Shown here: positions 8,940 through 18,704 of the stretch, piece by piece
How positions within the stretch are numbered: the first letter of the stretch is position 1
Layout: each line of letters begins with the position of its first letter
Assembly (NCBI GenBank): GCA_963719225.1
Contig: CAVRAY010000001.1
Location: 3,328,001 to 3,392,000, forward strand
Direction: 5' to 3'
From: Thermoanaerobaculia bacterium
GTDB lineage: Bacteria; Acidobacteriota; Thermoanaerobaculia; UBA5066
DNA: 64,000 bases
Notes under the pieces: model-generated
What the model was told of the DNA's origin: nothing
The model's input: only the letters and a program-made list of their open reading frames with translations
Databases searched by the model: none
Position numbers and translations under genes: made by a program

Positions 8940-10427
8940 TCAGCCCCTCTTCTGCTTGCTCTTCGGGTTGTTCAGCGCCTGAAGAAGAGACGTGCCGAAA
9001 CCGGAGACGGCCGGCACGGAGGCCTTCTCGCGCTTCGCGGTCTCCTCTCGGTAGCTCTTCAGCTCGCCGCGGTCCGCTTCCGCTTTCGCACCCGAGGCCG
9101 AGAGCGAGATGCGTTTCCGCGGGACATCGACCCCGATGACCTTCACCTCGACCTTTTGGCCCGGCGTGAAGTGGCGGTTGACCGTGCCGGGCGGCACGCC
9201 CGACTCGGAGTTCGGGATCAGCCCCGTGAGACCAGGCTCGAGGCGGACGAAGACGCCGAACACGGCGACGCTTTCCACCTCGCCTGTCGCGACGGAGCCC
9301 TCGGGATGACGCTCGTGGATGCTCTCCCACGGATTCGACGTCGCGACCTCGCGGAGCGAGAGCGACAGCCGGCGCTGCTTCGGGTCGACTTCCTTCACCC
9401 AGCCCTGCACGGTCTGGCCGTCGGCGACGGATGGGTCCTTGAGCGTGACGCCGGGCGGCAGCGCCGAGACGTGCACGAGACCGTCCACGCCCTGCTCGAC
9501 CTCCACGAAGAGGCCGAAGTCCGCGTGCCGGGCGACGGTGCCCGTGAACGATGCGCCCGGGGCGAAGCGCTCGGGCAGCGTCTCCCACGGATCGGCCTCG
9601 AGCTCTTTCATGGAAAGCGAAATGCGCTTGCCTTCGCCGGCCAGCTTCGTCACCTTGACCGTGACCTCCTGGCCCACGGTGAGGGCGTCCTTCGGGTGCG
9701 CGATGCGGCGTCGCGAGATTTCGGTGACGTGCACGAGTCCGTCCACGCCGCCGAGGTCCACGAACGCCCCGAAATCCGTGAGGGAGCGGACGCGGCCGGG
9801 CAGGACGGCGCCCACGGCGATCTTTTCGCGCGTGATCGCGGCTTTCTCGTCCTGTTCCTCCTTCAGGAGGGCGACGCGCGAGACGACCACGCGCCGGCCG
9901 TCCTCGGAGTACTCGAGAACGCGGAAGTCGAACGTCTGCCCCACGTAGGCGGCGAGCGCGGGTTCCTCGTGACGGCCGAGGTCGATCTGCGACACCGGGC
10001 AGAAGGCGCGGAGGCCGTGCGCGCCGCCGATCATCACTTCGAAGCCGCCCTTGTTTCGCGCCATGACCTTGCCCGCGACGGGAATCTTCGCCTCGGATGC
10101 CGCGCGCAGCTCGGCCTTCGTGCGATGCCCGACCGCGAGCTTGCGCGACAGGCGAACGTCCGGGCCTGCCTTGACGACCACCGCTTCGATCCGATCGCCC
10201 ACCTTCTCGCCCTCGAGCTCCTTGAGGTCCATGAGCGCTTCGGACTTGCCGCCGATCGAGACGAGAACGATGTCGGGAGTGATGCCGGCGATGATGCCGT
10301 TGACGACCTGCCCTTCCAGGAGCTTCTTCCTCGGCGTGGCCGCATCGGCGGCGAGGGCAGCCTCGAAGGTCTTGCGGTCGGCGGATTCGGCGGTTTCGAC
10401 GGACCGGGCGATGAGGGTCTGGGGCAC
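8940..10427 (-). CDS. ribosomal protein S1-like multi-S1-domain RNA-binding protein
   Basis: Repeated S1 motifs (FGAFVDLGGVDGLVHVTEIS, FGLFVEV..GVDGLVHVS, FGVFVRL..GLTGLI, KRISLS); AGGAG SD before GTG. Confidence 0.88.
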   Translation of the reverse strand: MPQTLIARSVETAESADRKTFEAALAADAATPRKKLLEGQVVNGIIAGITPDIVLVSIGGKSEALMDLKELEGEKVGDRIEAVVVKAGPDVRLSRKLAVGHRTKAELRAASEAKIPVAGKVMARNKGGFEVMIGGAHGLRAFCPVSQIDLGRHEEPALAAYVGQTFDFRVLEYSEDGRRVVVSRVALLKEEQDEKAAITREKIAVGAVLPGRVRSLTDFGAFVDLGGVDGLVHVTEISRRRIAHPKDALTVGQEVTVKVTKLAGEGKRISLSMKELEADPWETLPERFAPGASFTGTVARHADFGLFVEVEQGVDGLVHVSALPPGVTLKDPSVADGQTVQGWVKEVDPKQRRLSLSLREVATSNPWESIHERHPEGSVATGEVESVAVFGVFVRLEPGLTGLIPNSESGVPPGTVNRHFTPGQKVEVKVIGVDVPRKRISLSASGAKAEADRGELKSYREETAKREKASVPAVSGFGTSLLQALNNPKSKQKRG

Positions 10428-10582
10428 GGATCGTTCTCCTGGCCCGCCAAGCGAGATTCCCCCGGAGAAAAGCGTCCAGGGCTGCGGGACCGCGGATTCT
10501 ATCCGAAGCTGTAAGATGAGACTTGTTCTCCGGACGGCACCCCCCGAGCCCCGGAGAAAACCCCAGTTGGAGGAGTGGTGGA

Positions 10583-12688
10583 ATGGCCGATCCGGGTGTC
10601 CTGACAGCCACGGGCGCTTCGCCGTCCGGAGCCGCGGCGACGATCGCGGGACTCGCCCCGAGCCGGGACGAGCTGAGGCGCTGGTACGGCCTGATGCACC
10701 TCGGCCGGCTCCTCGACGACAAGGCGCCGAACTATCTCAAGCAGGGACTCGGCTGGTCGTATCACGCGCCGTGCGCGGGGCACGACGGGATCCAGGTCGC
10801 GCTCGGCGTCACGTTCCGGCCCGGACACGACTATCTCTTCCCTTACTACCGGGACCTCACGACGTGCCTCGCCGCCGGCCTCTCGACCGAGGAGATTCTG
10901 CTGAACGGGATGTCGAAGCGGGACGACGTCGCTTCCGGCGGCCGGCACATGTCGAACCACTTCGCGAAGCCTGAGATCAACATCCAGAACGTCTCGTCCT
11001 GCGTGTCGAACCACGCGCAGCACGCCGCCGGCCTCGGCCGCGCGCTCAGGACCTACGGATCGGACGCGATCGTCTTCTGCTCCGTGGGCGAGTCCTCCAC
11101 GTCCGAGGGCTACTTCTACGAGGCCGTCAACGGCGCCTCGCGCGAGAAGCTGTCCGTCGTCTTCGTGGTCCAGGACAACGGATACGGCATCGCAGTTCCG
11201 AAGAGTGACCAGACGGCGAACCCGTTCGCGTCCGACAACTTCTCGGGGTTCAAGAACGTCCGGATCATCCACTGCGACGGCAGGGACCTCTTCGACTCGC
11301 TGCGCGCCATGCGCGAAGCCGTGTCGTTCGTGAAGGCGGGCGCGGGCTGCGCCCTCGTCCACGCCGAGTGCATTCGCATCCACTCGCACTCCAACTCCGA
11401 CCGGCACGAGCTCTACCGCTCGCCCGAGGAGCTCGCCGCCGCGAAGGAGCAGGATCCCCTTCCCCGCCTGCGGCGCGTTCTCGTCGAGGGCGGCGCGTTC
11501 TCCGAGGAGGAGATCGCCGCGATCGAGGACGCGAACCGGAAAACCTACGAGGAATCGGCCGACCGCGCGCGCCGCGCGCCGGATCCCGACCCCGCCTCCG
11601 TCCTCGACCACGTCATGCCAGAGCCGTGGGTGCCCGAGGGCGACGGCCTCGCGTCGGTGACGCTCACGCCCGAAACGGTCGACGGGAAGCCGACCACCGA
11701 GATGACGCTCATCCAGGCCCTGAACGGCACGCTGAAGGAGATGTTCCGCGAGAACCCCGACACGTACCTCTGGGGTCAGGACGTCGCCTACAAGGAGAAG
11801 GGCGGCATCTTCAACGTCACGAAGGGCATGCAGCAGGAGTTCGGTCCGAAGCGGATCTTCAACGGGCCGCTCGCGGAGGATTTCATCCTCGGCACTGCGG
11901 ACGGCTTCTCGCGCCTCAACGACAGGATTCGCGTCGTCGTGGAAGGCGCCGAGTTCGCCGACTACTTCTGGCCCGCGGCCGAACAGATGGTCGAGATGTC
12001 CCACGAGCTCTGGCGCACGAACGGCAAGTTCGTCCCGAACGTCACCGTGCGCATCGCCTCGGGCGGATACATCGGCGGCGGCCTCTACCATTCCCAGAAC
12101 ATCGAAGGCTGGCTCGCGACGCTGCCCGGCATCCGCATCGTGGTGCCCGCGTTCGCGGACGACGCCGCGGGCCTCCTCAGGACGTCGATGCGCTCGCGCG
12201 GGATCACGCTCTACCTCGAGCCCAAGTTCCTCTACAACTCCGCGCAGGCCAAGACGCACGTTCCCGCGGAGTTCGCGGTGCCGTTCGGGGTGGCCCGCCG
12301 CCGCCGCGAAGGCCGCGACCTGACGATCCTCGCATACGGCACGCCCGTCCACTTCGCGCTGGAGGCGGCCGAGGCGCTCGCCAAGGACGGCAAGAACGTG
12401 GAGGTGATCGACCTGCGCTCGCTCGTGCCGCTCGACTTCGAGGCCATCGCCGCCTCGGTGAAAAAGACGTCCCGCGTCCTCGTCGTCCACGAGGACAAGG
12501 TGCACGGGGGCTTCGGCGGCGAGCTCGTCGCGCGTATCGCGTCCGAGCTCTTCCCCCATCTCGACGCCCCGGTCGACCGCGTCGGGTCCACGTTCACGCC
12601 CGTCGGCTTCAACCGCATCCTCGAGCGGGCGATCCTCCCGAACACGGAGCGGGTCCTCGAGGCGGCGAAGAAGACGCTCGCGTACTGA
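10583..12688 (+). CDS. 2-oxoacid (branched-chain-type) dehydrogenase E1, fused alpha/beta subunits
   Basis: PYYRD, GESSTSEG..YEA.N, HSHSNSD TPP-binding region; beta domain GQDV..KGGIF.VT.G, GGLYHSQ, EVIDLRSL.PLD. Confidence 0.92.
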   Translation: MADPGVLTATGASPSGAAATIAGLAPSRDELRRWYGLMHLGRLLDDKAPNYLKQGLGWSYHAPCAGHDGIQVALGVTFRPGHDYLFPYYRDLTTCLAAGLSTEEILLNGMSKRDDVASGGRHMSNHFAKPEINIQNVSSCVSNHAQHAAGLGRALRTYGSDAIVFCSVGESSTSEGYFYEAVNGASREKLSVVFVVQDNGYGIAVPKSDQTANPFASDNFSGFKNVRIIHCDGRDLFDSLRAMREAVSFVKAGAGCALVHAECIRIHSHSNSDRHELYRSPEELAAAKEQDPLPRLRRVLVEGGAFSEEEIAAIEDANRKTYEESADRARRAPDPDPASVLDHVMPEPWVPEGDGLASVTLTPETVDGKPTTEMTLIQALNGTLKEMFRENPDTYLWGQDVAYKEKGGIFNVTKGMQQEFGPKRIFNGPLAEDFILGTADGFSRLNDRIRVVVEGAEFADYFWPAAEQMVEMSHELWRTNGKFVPNVTVRIASGGYIGGGLYHSQNIEGWLATLPGIRIVVPAFADDAAGLLRTSMRSRGITLYLEPKFLYNSAQAKTHVPAEFAVPFGVARRRREGRDLTILAYGTPVHFALEAAEALAKDGKNVEVIDLRSLVPLDFEAIAASVKKTSRVLVVHEDKVHGGFGGELVARIASELFPHLDAPVDRVGSTFTPVGFNRILERAILPNTERVLEAAKKTLAY

Positions 12689-12693
12689 ATAGC

Positions 12694-12930
12694 ATGTTGG
12701 AACACCCGAGTTCGGTGACCGCACGTCAACTCTCAAGATCGTCGAAAACGGTGTTGCGGAAGCTCGCAGCGGAACGCGACCTTGTCGTGACTTCGAGGGG
12801 GAGGCCGGTGGCGATCCTCACGAGTACGAGCGAAAACACCCTCGCGTCGACCCTCTCTGCCCTCCGGGGGAAACCCCTCTCCACCGTCAAGGCTGAGCTT
12901 GCAGCCGCGCGGCGAGAACGGCGCCGATAA
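12694..12930 (+). CDS. Phd/YefM-like antitoxin (no cognate toxin adjacent)
   Basis: 78 aa MLEHPSSVTARQLSRSSKTVLRKLAAERDLVVTSRGRPVAIL matches the Phd/YefM N-terminal pattern. Confidence 0.65.
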   Translation: MLEHPSSVTARQLSRSSKTVLRKLAAERDLVVTSRGRPVAILTSTSENTLASTLSALRGKPLSTVKAELAAARRERRR

Positions 12931-12962
12931 CCACCGCCAGACTCGGTAGGATCGCCGAGTCC

Positions 12963-13451
12963 GTGACGATCTCCATCCTTCTCTATTCGGGTCTCGCGCT
13001 CCTGGCGCTCGGGAGCGTCTCGCTCGTCTGGCCCCCGAGATTCCTCGGGATCGCGACGCGTCTCCACGCGCTCGTGGTCTTCGGCACGGGTCTCGTCGCG
13101 GCAACCGTCGCGTTCCTCTTGCCGCCGCCGTCCGCGCGAGGCAGCGCGCGTGCCCCGACTCGTATCGACGAATTCGCTCCGGGGTTCCAGTTCGTGGAAT
13201 TCCACGAGCGCACGGTCCGGGCGACTCCCGAGCGCATCGCGCCGGGCTACGCGAAAGCCGCCATGAACTTCCGCATCGAGCCCCGCCCCGACGGCTCCTG
13301 CCGCCTCACCACCGAGACGCGCATCTTCGCGACGGACGCCGCGTCTTCGCGCCGCTTCGCGAGGTACTGGCGGTTCATCCTGCCGGGCAGCTCCCTCCTC
13401 CGGGTCACGTGGCTCCGCGCGATCGCAGAAAGGGCGGAGAGAGGACGCTGA
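12963..13451 (+). CDS. membrane-anchored hypothetical protein (DUF2867-like, apparently internally shortened)
   Basis: Two N-terminal TM segments; F.E.HE..V.A, AKAAMNF, TETRIFATD, F.RYWR.I.PGS..R..WL.AI..RAE motifs. Confidence 0.6.
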   Translation: MTISILLYSGLALLALGSVSLVWPPRFLGIATRLHALVVFGTGLVAATVAFLLPPPSARGSARAPTRIDEFAPGFQFVEFHERTVRATPERIAPGYAKAAMNFRIEPRPDGSCRLTTETRIFATDAASSRRFARYWRFILPGSSLLRVTWLRAIAERAERGR

Positions 13452-13460
13452 AGAGCTCCC

Positions 13461-13820
13461 CTACTTCGACGACATGACGAAGGTGTTGCCCTCGGAGTCC
13501 TTGAAGATGGACGAGGTGCCCCAGGACTCCGTCTTCGGCGGCTGGACGAATTCCACGCCCCGCGCCTTCAGCTCCTCGTAGGTCTTCTGGAGGTTGTCGC
13601 ACGTGAAGGCGCCGTTGAAAAAGCCGCCCGCCCTGGTTCCCTCCCCCGTGAAGAGAACGACTTCGGTCTCGGCGCCGGGGATCTTCAGCTCGATCCAGCG
13701 CTGTTTCTCGTTGAAGGGCTGATCGGTCGCGACCTTGAAGCCGATGCGATCGCGCCAGAAGGCAAGCGCGCGCTCCTGGTCGTCGCAGGGGATGCTGACG
13801 AACTTCAGGCGATTGATCAT
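13461..13820 (-). CDS. VOC/glyoxalase family protein
   Basis: VSIPCDDQERALAFW, LKARGVEF..PP..E.WG...FKDSEGN; GAGG SD before ATG 13820. Confidence 0.88.
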   Translation of the reverse strand: MINRLKFVSIPCDDQERALAFWRDRIGFKVATDQPFNEKQRWIELKIPGAETEVVLFTGEGTRAGGFFNGAFTCDNLQKTYEELKARGVEFVQPPKTESWGTSSIFKDSEGNTFVMSSK

Positions 13821-13840
13821 GGAAGTCCTCCTCGCGCGAA

Positions 13841-13906
13841 AATCTAGGGCATGCGTTTCGGCTTGTAAAGGGTCCGCATATCGACTATAGTTATAGTTGA
13901 TATAGT
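13841..13906. promoter_or_regulatory. divergent sigma70 promoters with overlapping -35 boxes and three TATAGT repeats
   Basis: + TTGTAA(13863)-17-TATAGT(13886); - TTTACA(13869)-17-TAGATT(13846); TATAGT at 13886, 13892, 13901. Confidence 0.65.
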
Positions 13907-14210
13907 GAAAAACGTCACTGTCCGTGTCGATCGCTACGTGCTCGAGACCCTCATGGTCGACCTCGTCGGGCACGATCGCTCGCCGTCGTCTTTCCTGGTC
14001 TTCCTCGCGCTCTGGAACGCGGCGGGGGGCAGGCGGAAGGCCAAGGCCCGCCGGAGCCACCGGCAGGTCGCCGAGGAAACAGGGCTCTCGAAGAGCGCGG
14101 TGCAGGCCGCGATCGGCCGTCTGCTCCGGCGAAAGCTGATCGCCGTCACGCGCGCTTCGGCGACGGCCACGCCGGAATACTCGATCCTGCGCCCGTGGCA
14201 GCGGGGCTGA
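13905..14210 (+). CDS. small winged helix-turn-helix DNA-binding protein
   Basis: SHRQVAEETGLSKSAVQAAIGRLLRRKLI HTH; divergent from the VOC gene. Confidence 0.8.
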   Translation: MKNVTVRVDRYVLETLMVDLVGHDRSPSSFLVFLALWNAAGGRRKAKARRSHRQVAEETGLSKSAVQAAIGRLLRRKLIAVTRASATATPEYSILRPWQRG

Positions 14211-14271
14211 CCGCTTCCTTCCACGCCTGGATCCGGCTCCTTTGGCATACTCCGCCCTCGTGACGGCGCCC

Positions 14272-14751
14272 GTGTCAGCCCGCAATCTCCTCCGCCATGC
14301 AATTGCGACGCTCGCGTACCGCGCGGGCAAGGCCCTGCGCGGCGCGCCCCCCGGCTTCGAGAGCTTCTCAGCCGCGCCCGGGTCGCGCACGCCCGGGCAG
14401 ATCCTCGCGCACATGGGCGACCTCTTCGACTGGGCGCTCGAGCTCGCGAAGGGCGCTTCGGTCTGGAACGACGCGACGCCGCTGCCGTGGGACCGGGGGG
14501 TCGCGCGGTTCTTCGCGGGTCTCGAAGCGTTCGACCGGCATCTCGCGTCCGGCGCGCCGCTGCCCGAAGGCTTCACGGAGGACAAGCTCTTCCAGGGCCC
14601 CGTGGCCGACGCCCTCACGCATACGGGCCAGATCGGAATGCTCCGGCGCCTCGCGGGCTCGCCCGTGCGCGGCGAAAGCTACTTCCGCTCGGACATCGAG
14701 ATCGGCCGCGTGGGAGAAGCTCAGTCTGCGCCGCGAAAAGAATTCGACTGA
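14272..14751 (+). CDS. DinB/YfiT-like four-helix-bundle protein
   Basis: RTPGQILAHM and DALTHTGQI His motifs; start uncertain (14242-14272). Confidence 0.7.
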   Translation: MSARNLLRHAIATLAYRAGKALRGAPPGFESFSAAPGSRTPGQILAHMGDLFDWALELAKGASVWNDATPLPWDRGVARFFAGLEAFDRHLASGAPLPEGFTEDKLFQGPVADALTHTGQIGMLRRLAGSPVRGESYFRSDIEIGRVGEAQSAPRKEFD

Positions 14752-14764
14752 CGCCGATCCCTAC

Positions 14765-15637
14765 TCAGAACGCGAACGCGACGTAGAACACCGGCCCCTG
14801 GTAGTGGTAGCGGACGTGCGTGATCGTGTCCGAATCGCGCGTGTAGTCGATGCGCGTGTAGCTGTAGCCGCCGCCGATGCCGATCGCCGGAGTGACGAAG
14901 AGGTCCAGCGTACCCGTGGCTTCGAACATGCTGCCCGTCGACCCGCTGATCGTCGCCTTGAACCCGCGCGCCCGCGCGTTGAGGAAGAGCTGCGGCATCA
15001 GCGTGAACGTGAAGTAGCCCTCGAGTGCCGGAATCGGCGCCGTCAGGCTCTTTCTTTCGCTGACGGCGGCGGTGACCACGGCTCCGGTCGGTCCGACGTA
15101 CGTCCCGACCGCGTCGAGGGACGCCCGGTTGAAGAAGACGCTCGCGCCGAGGCCGAGGCCGATCTCGAGGTCGCCGTTGTTGACGAACGAGTATCCGTAG
15201 TAGAGCTCGGCGACGCTCACGTCCAGCGCCGAGTCCACGTCGGCACCCACGGAATACGTCACCCCGTTGAACACGATCTGACGGGAGATCGTTTTCGTGG
15301 CCGAGCGGTTCCACTGCTGGTACGCGAAGTCGAGCCGCGCGTGGCGCCCGAGACGGAGGTAACCATCGGCCTGGAGAGCGAACTTCTTCTCCGGAAGCCC
15401 GAGGTCGCTTTCGAGCGCGATCTCGGTACCCGGCAGCGTGGCGGTCCCGTATTGAACGGTCGTGTCGAAAGTCGGATACAGCCCGCCGAGGTTCAAACGG
15501 AACGTCTCGTCCATGCCGCGCTGGTGCTTGTAAACGTAGTTGGAACCGCTTTGCGCGGCGGCGCCGCCCGCAACGGCGAGGAAAGCGGTGGCGACGACGA
15601 GGCGCGCGGAGAGACGGGCGGCGAACCCTGCGGTCAT
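14765..15637 (-). CDS. outer-membrane beta-barrel protein
   Basis: Signal peptide, alternating hydrophobic strands, C-terminal VFYVAFAF beta-signal; GGAG SD. Confidence 0.75.
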   Translation of the reverse strand: MTAGFAARLSARLVVATAFLAVAGGAAAQSGSNYVYKHQRGMDETFRLNLGGLYPTFDTTVQYGTATLPGTEIALESDLGLPEKKFALQADGYLRLGRHARLDFAYQQWNRSATKTISRQIVFNGVTYSVGADVDSALDVSVAELYYGYSFVNNGDLEIGLGLGASVFFNRASLDAVGTYVGPTGAVVTAAVSERKSLTAPIPALEGYFTFTLMPQLFLNARARGFKATISGSTGSMFEATGTLDLFVTPAIGIGGGYSYTRIDYTRDSDTITHVRYHYQGPVFYVAFAF

Positions 15638-15731
15638 CTCGACTCCTTGGCTCCCCCGGGAAGGCCGGGGGAACTCCCTCCCCGAGTGTAAGGCCGCCGC
15701 GTTCCTCCGCCGCCCGCGTGACGGGTCGGTC

Positions 15732-16736
15732 TCAGTCGACGTGGGGGTGCTTCTTCTCCGCGAGCGCGCGCACCGTCGAACCGGGAAGCGTCCCGCTGAT
15801 CGAGACGGTTTCCTTGTCGCGCGAGACCGTGAACTTGCGAAGCACGGAGACCGTTTCCGGAGACTTCTCCTGTGCGGCGAGGCGCCAGGCCGCGAGGACT
15901 CCGCGGAGCGCGTCCTCCATGAGGCCGGCCGTCTCCGCGTCGTTCGCGACGCCGGTCGCCGCGAGCTTCAGGGCATCGCCTTTCGTCGTGGCCTGGAGCG
16001 CGAGGAACTGGACGGATTTCATGGACGAGACGAGCGCCGTCGCGGCGTCGTCGCCCGAGGCGCGAGCCTGCGAGCGCCGCATCGCGGCGTCCTTCGCGGG
16101 GATGCGCGAGACGTCCACGAGCGCCCAGGCCGAAGCGCCCGAGTCGATGCGCGAGAGGTGACGCCCGAGGCCCGCGCCCGAGGCGAAGCCGGTGCCTCCG
16201 GCGCTGCGCTGCGCGAGCGCCGTGACGACCGCGGCCTCCGAGCCCGCGATCACGAGGTGCGTGCTCGCGAACGCGATCGCGCCGCGTTCGTGGCGCGAGG
16301 CGTTCGTGCTCTTCTCGGGAAGGAGGAGGTAATCGCCCGCGGGCGTGGATTTCTTCGTGGCGCCCCTCTCGAGGAGAGCCGCCGAGAGGCGCGCCGGGTC
16401 GAACCGCCCTTCGAAGAGCACGAGGCCCCAGCCGTCGCTCCCGCCCGCGCCCTTCGGCGAACCGGCCGCGACGACGAGATCCACGTCCTCCTTCGGGTTG
16501 AGGCGGGCTTCTTCGAGGAAGTGCTGGGCGTCGCCCGCGACGCTGATGTGGTCCGTGTCGGAGAACAGGCGCGCGGCGAGCGGGCTCGTCCTGAGGTCCG
16601 CGACGTGAACGACGCCCACGGAGGCGGCGTCGGCCGGGACGAGAGCGAGCGCGTCGTCGCCGCTCCTGGCGGCGGCCGGGAGCGCGAGGAAGACGGCGAA
16701 CGCGATGGCAGACGAGCCAGCAAAGTATCGCTTCAT
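15732..16736 (-). CDS. exported hypothetical protein (DUF3352-like), last gene of the ABC operon
   Basis: Signal peptide MKRYFAGSSAIAFAVFLALPAAA, L.LVPADA N-terminal motif; starts 2 bp after the permease stop. Confidence 0.65.
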   Translation of the reverse strand: MKRYFAGSSAIAFAVFLALPAAARSGDDALALVPADAASVGVVHVADLRTSPLAARLFSDTDHISVAGDAQHFLEEARLNPKEDVDLVVAAGSPKGAGGSDGWGLVLFEGRFDPARLSAALLERGATKKSTPAGDYLLLPEKSTNASRHERGAIAFASTHLVIAGSEAAVVTALAQRSAGGTGFASGAGLGRHLSRIDSGASAWALVDVSRIPAKDAAMRRSQARASGDDAATALVSSMKSVQFLALQATTKGDALKLAATGVANDAETAGLMEDALRGVLAAWRLAAQEKSPETVSVLRKFTVSRDKETVSISGTLPGSTVRALAEKKHPHVD

Positions 16737-16738
16737 GA

Positions 16739-17593
16739 TCAGAAGTCCTTTCTGCGGAATCTCAGGCATGCGAGGGCGAGGCTAACGGCACCGAAAAGGC
16801 CCGTCGTGAGGAAAGGCTGGAGGGTGAGGGCGTCGCGCATGCGCCGCGGGCTCTCATCGCCCATGACGAGGGCGACGACGGCGGCGCCGAGCTGCGCCGT
16901 CTTCGGGAAGATCCAGTAGAGCGTCTGGACGAGCGTGGCCGCCCACTCGGCGGACAGCGCCGCCGCGATGCGGTCGTGATTCGCGAGGATCGCGGAGAGG
17001 AAGAACACCGCGAACGTCGCCATGATCGAGACGGCCGTCGAGGACGTCAGCGTTCCGATGAGGAACGCGAACGCCATGAGCGCCGCGATCCCGAACAGGA
17101 TGATTCCCGCCGCGAAGAAGAAACGCGGATGGACGAGGTGCGTCTTCCAGATGACGAGCAGCCACATCGCCCCGAGGAGGTAGACGACGTTCGAGGCCGA
17201 GAGAAGCATGCCCCCGACGTAGCGGGAGAGAAGGAGCGACACGCGCCCGACGGGGCGCGAGAGGTAGAGATCCACCGTTCCCTTTTCCTGCAGGCGCGGC
17301 ACGAGATGCGCCGTCGCGAAGATCGCGAGGAATGTCCCGACGACGTAGAGGAAACCCGCGAATCCCGACTCGAAGCCGAGGACGAGCTTGTCGAGGTCCA
17401 CGGACTGCCGGCCCATGTGGACGTCCTGGCCGAAGATCTTCGCGCCCGCGAGCGCACCGTTCACGACGTCCAGGTTCACGGCGACCGCGAAGAGCAGGAC
17501 GAAGAGAGACGACAGCGCGAAATAGGCGACGAGCGTCCACCGCGCGGCCGCTTCGCGGAAGACTTCTTCGATGTTCGCCGCGAGGGCTCGCAT
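16739..17593 (-). CDS. ABC-2 type transporter permease
   Basis: About six TM helices, EKGTVDLYLSRPVGR motif, C-terminal FRRKDF. Confidence 0.88.
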   Translation of the reverse strand: MRALAANIEEVFREAAARWTLVAYFALSSLFVLLFAVAVNLDVVNGALAGAKIFGQDVHMGRQSVDLDKLVLGFESGFAGFLYVVGTFLAIFATAHLVPRLQEKGTVDLYLSRPVGRVSLLLSRYVGGMLLSASNVVYLLGAMWLLVIWKTHLVHPRFFFAAGIILFGIAALMAFAFLIGTLTSSTAVSIMATFAVFFLSAILANHDRIAAALSAEWAATLVQTLYWIFPKTAQLGAAVVALVMGDESPRRMRDALTLQPFLTTGLFGAVSLALACLRFRRKDF

Positions 17594-17661
17594 CGCTTCA
17601 GCCTCCAGCTTCTCGGCGCGGGAGACGCTGTTTGAAGATTTGCTTAGAAGGTGAATGGGCG

Positions 17662-18612
17662 CTAGGCATCGGGGGTCGCCTTCACGAGATCGACAAACAC
17701 GTCTTCGAGTGTGCTCTTTTCCGGCGTCAGCTCCGTCAGCAGCGCGCCGCGGGCGCGGGCGGCGTCGATGAGCGCGTTGAGGTGCTGCGGGTCGCGTGCG
17801 GAGAGCTGGAAGTGGCCGTTGACGCGCTCCGCCCCTGCGCCGGTCTCGCGAAACGCCGCAAGGACCGCGTCATCGACCCCCGAGGCGACCAGCTTGTAGA
17901 CCTTCAAAGAATCTTTCTTCTCGTCTCTCTTCGTCAATTCCTCGATCGTCCCCATCGCCGCGACCTTGCCGTTGCGCAGCACCGCGACGCGGTCGCATGT
18001 GAGCTCGATCTCGGAGAGGAGATGCGAGTTCAGGAGGATTGCGCGCCCCTTCGCCGCCTCCGCCTTGAGCAGATCGCGGATCTCGCGACGGCCGACGGGG
18101 TCGACGCCGTCCGTCGGCTCGTCGAGCAGGAGAACCTCCGGCTCGTGGACGAGCGCGGCGGCGAGACCGAGGCGCTGCGTCATTCCCTTGGAGAACTTCT
18201 TCACCTTCACGTCGATCCAGTCCGAGAGCTTCACGCGCGCGAGGAGGTCCGGGATCCGCGGCGTGAGAGCCCGCGGCGCGACGCCCGACATGCGCCCGAA
18301 GATGGACAGCGTCTGACGCGCCGTGAGGTATCCGGGAAAGCGGTGGCCCTCGGGCAGGTATCCCACCCGGCGGCGGCTCTCGGGATCGGCGGCAGGTCTC
18401 CCGAGGAGCGAAGCGCTTCCCGCCGTGGCGTGCGTCAGCCCGAGCAGGATCTTCACGGCCGTCGTCTTGCCCGCGCCGTTCGGTCCGAGGAGGCCGAACA
18501 GCTCTCCCGGCTGCACCGCGAAGTCGATGCCCGAGAGCGCTTTCACCTCGCGGCCGCCCAGGCCCGAGCGGTAGTCCTTTCGAAGTCCTCGGACCTCGAT
18601 TGCGGCGTTCAT
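17662..18612 (-). CDS. ABC transporter ATP-binding protein
   Basis: Walker A GPNGAGKTT, signature FSKGMTQR, Walker B LLLDEP, NSH. Confidence 0.93.
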   Translation of the reverse strand: MNAAIEVRGLRKDYRSGLGGREVKALSGIDFAVQPGELFGLLGPNGAGKTTAVKILLGLTHATAGSASLLGRPAADPESRRRVGYLPEGHRFPGYLTARQTLSIFGRMSGVAPRALTPRIPDLLARVKLSDWIDVKVKKFSKGMTQRLGLAAALVHEPEVLLLDEPTDGVDPVGRREIRDLLKAEAAKGRAILLNSHLLSEIELTCDRVAVLRNGKVAAMGTIEELTKRDEKKDSLKVYKLVASGVDDAVLAAFRETGAGAERVNGHFQLSARDPQHLNALIDAARARGALLTELTPEKSTLEDVFVDLVKATPDA

Positions 18613-18704
18613 GGTCGTCCCCACGTCCCTTGATACGGAAACGCGCCCCGGGAGTTCCCGGAGCCAGCGGTAGCCGCCGGTACAATCGGTCACTTCAGTA
18701 CCTT

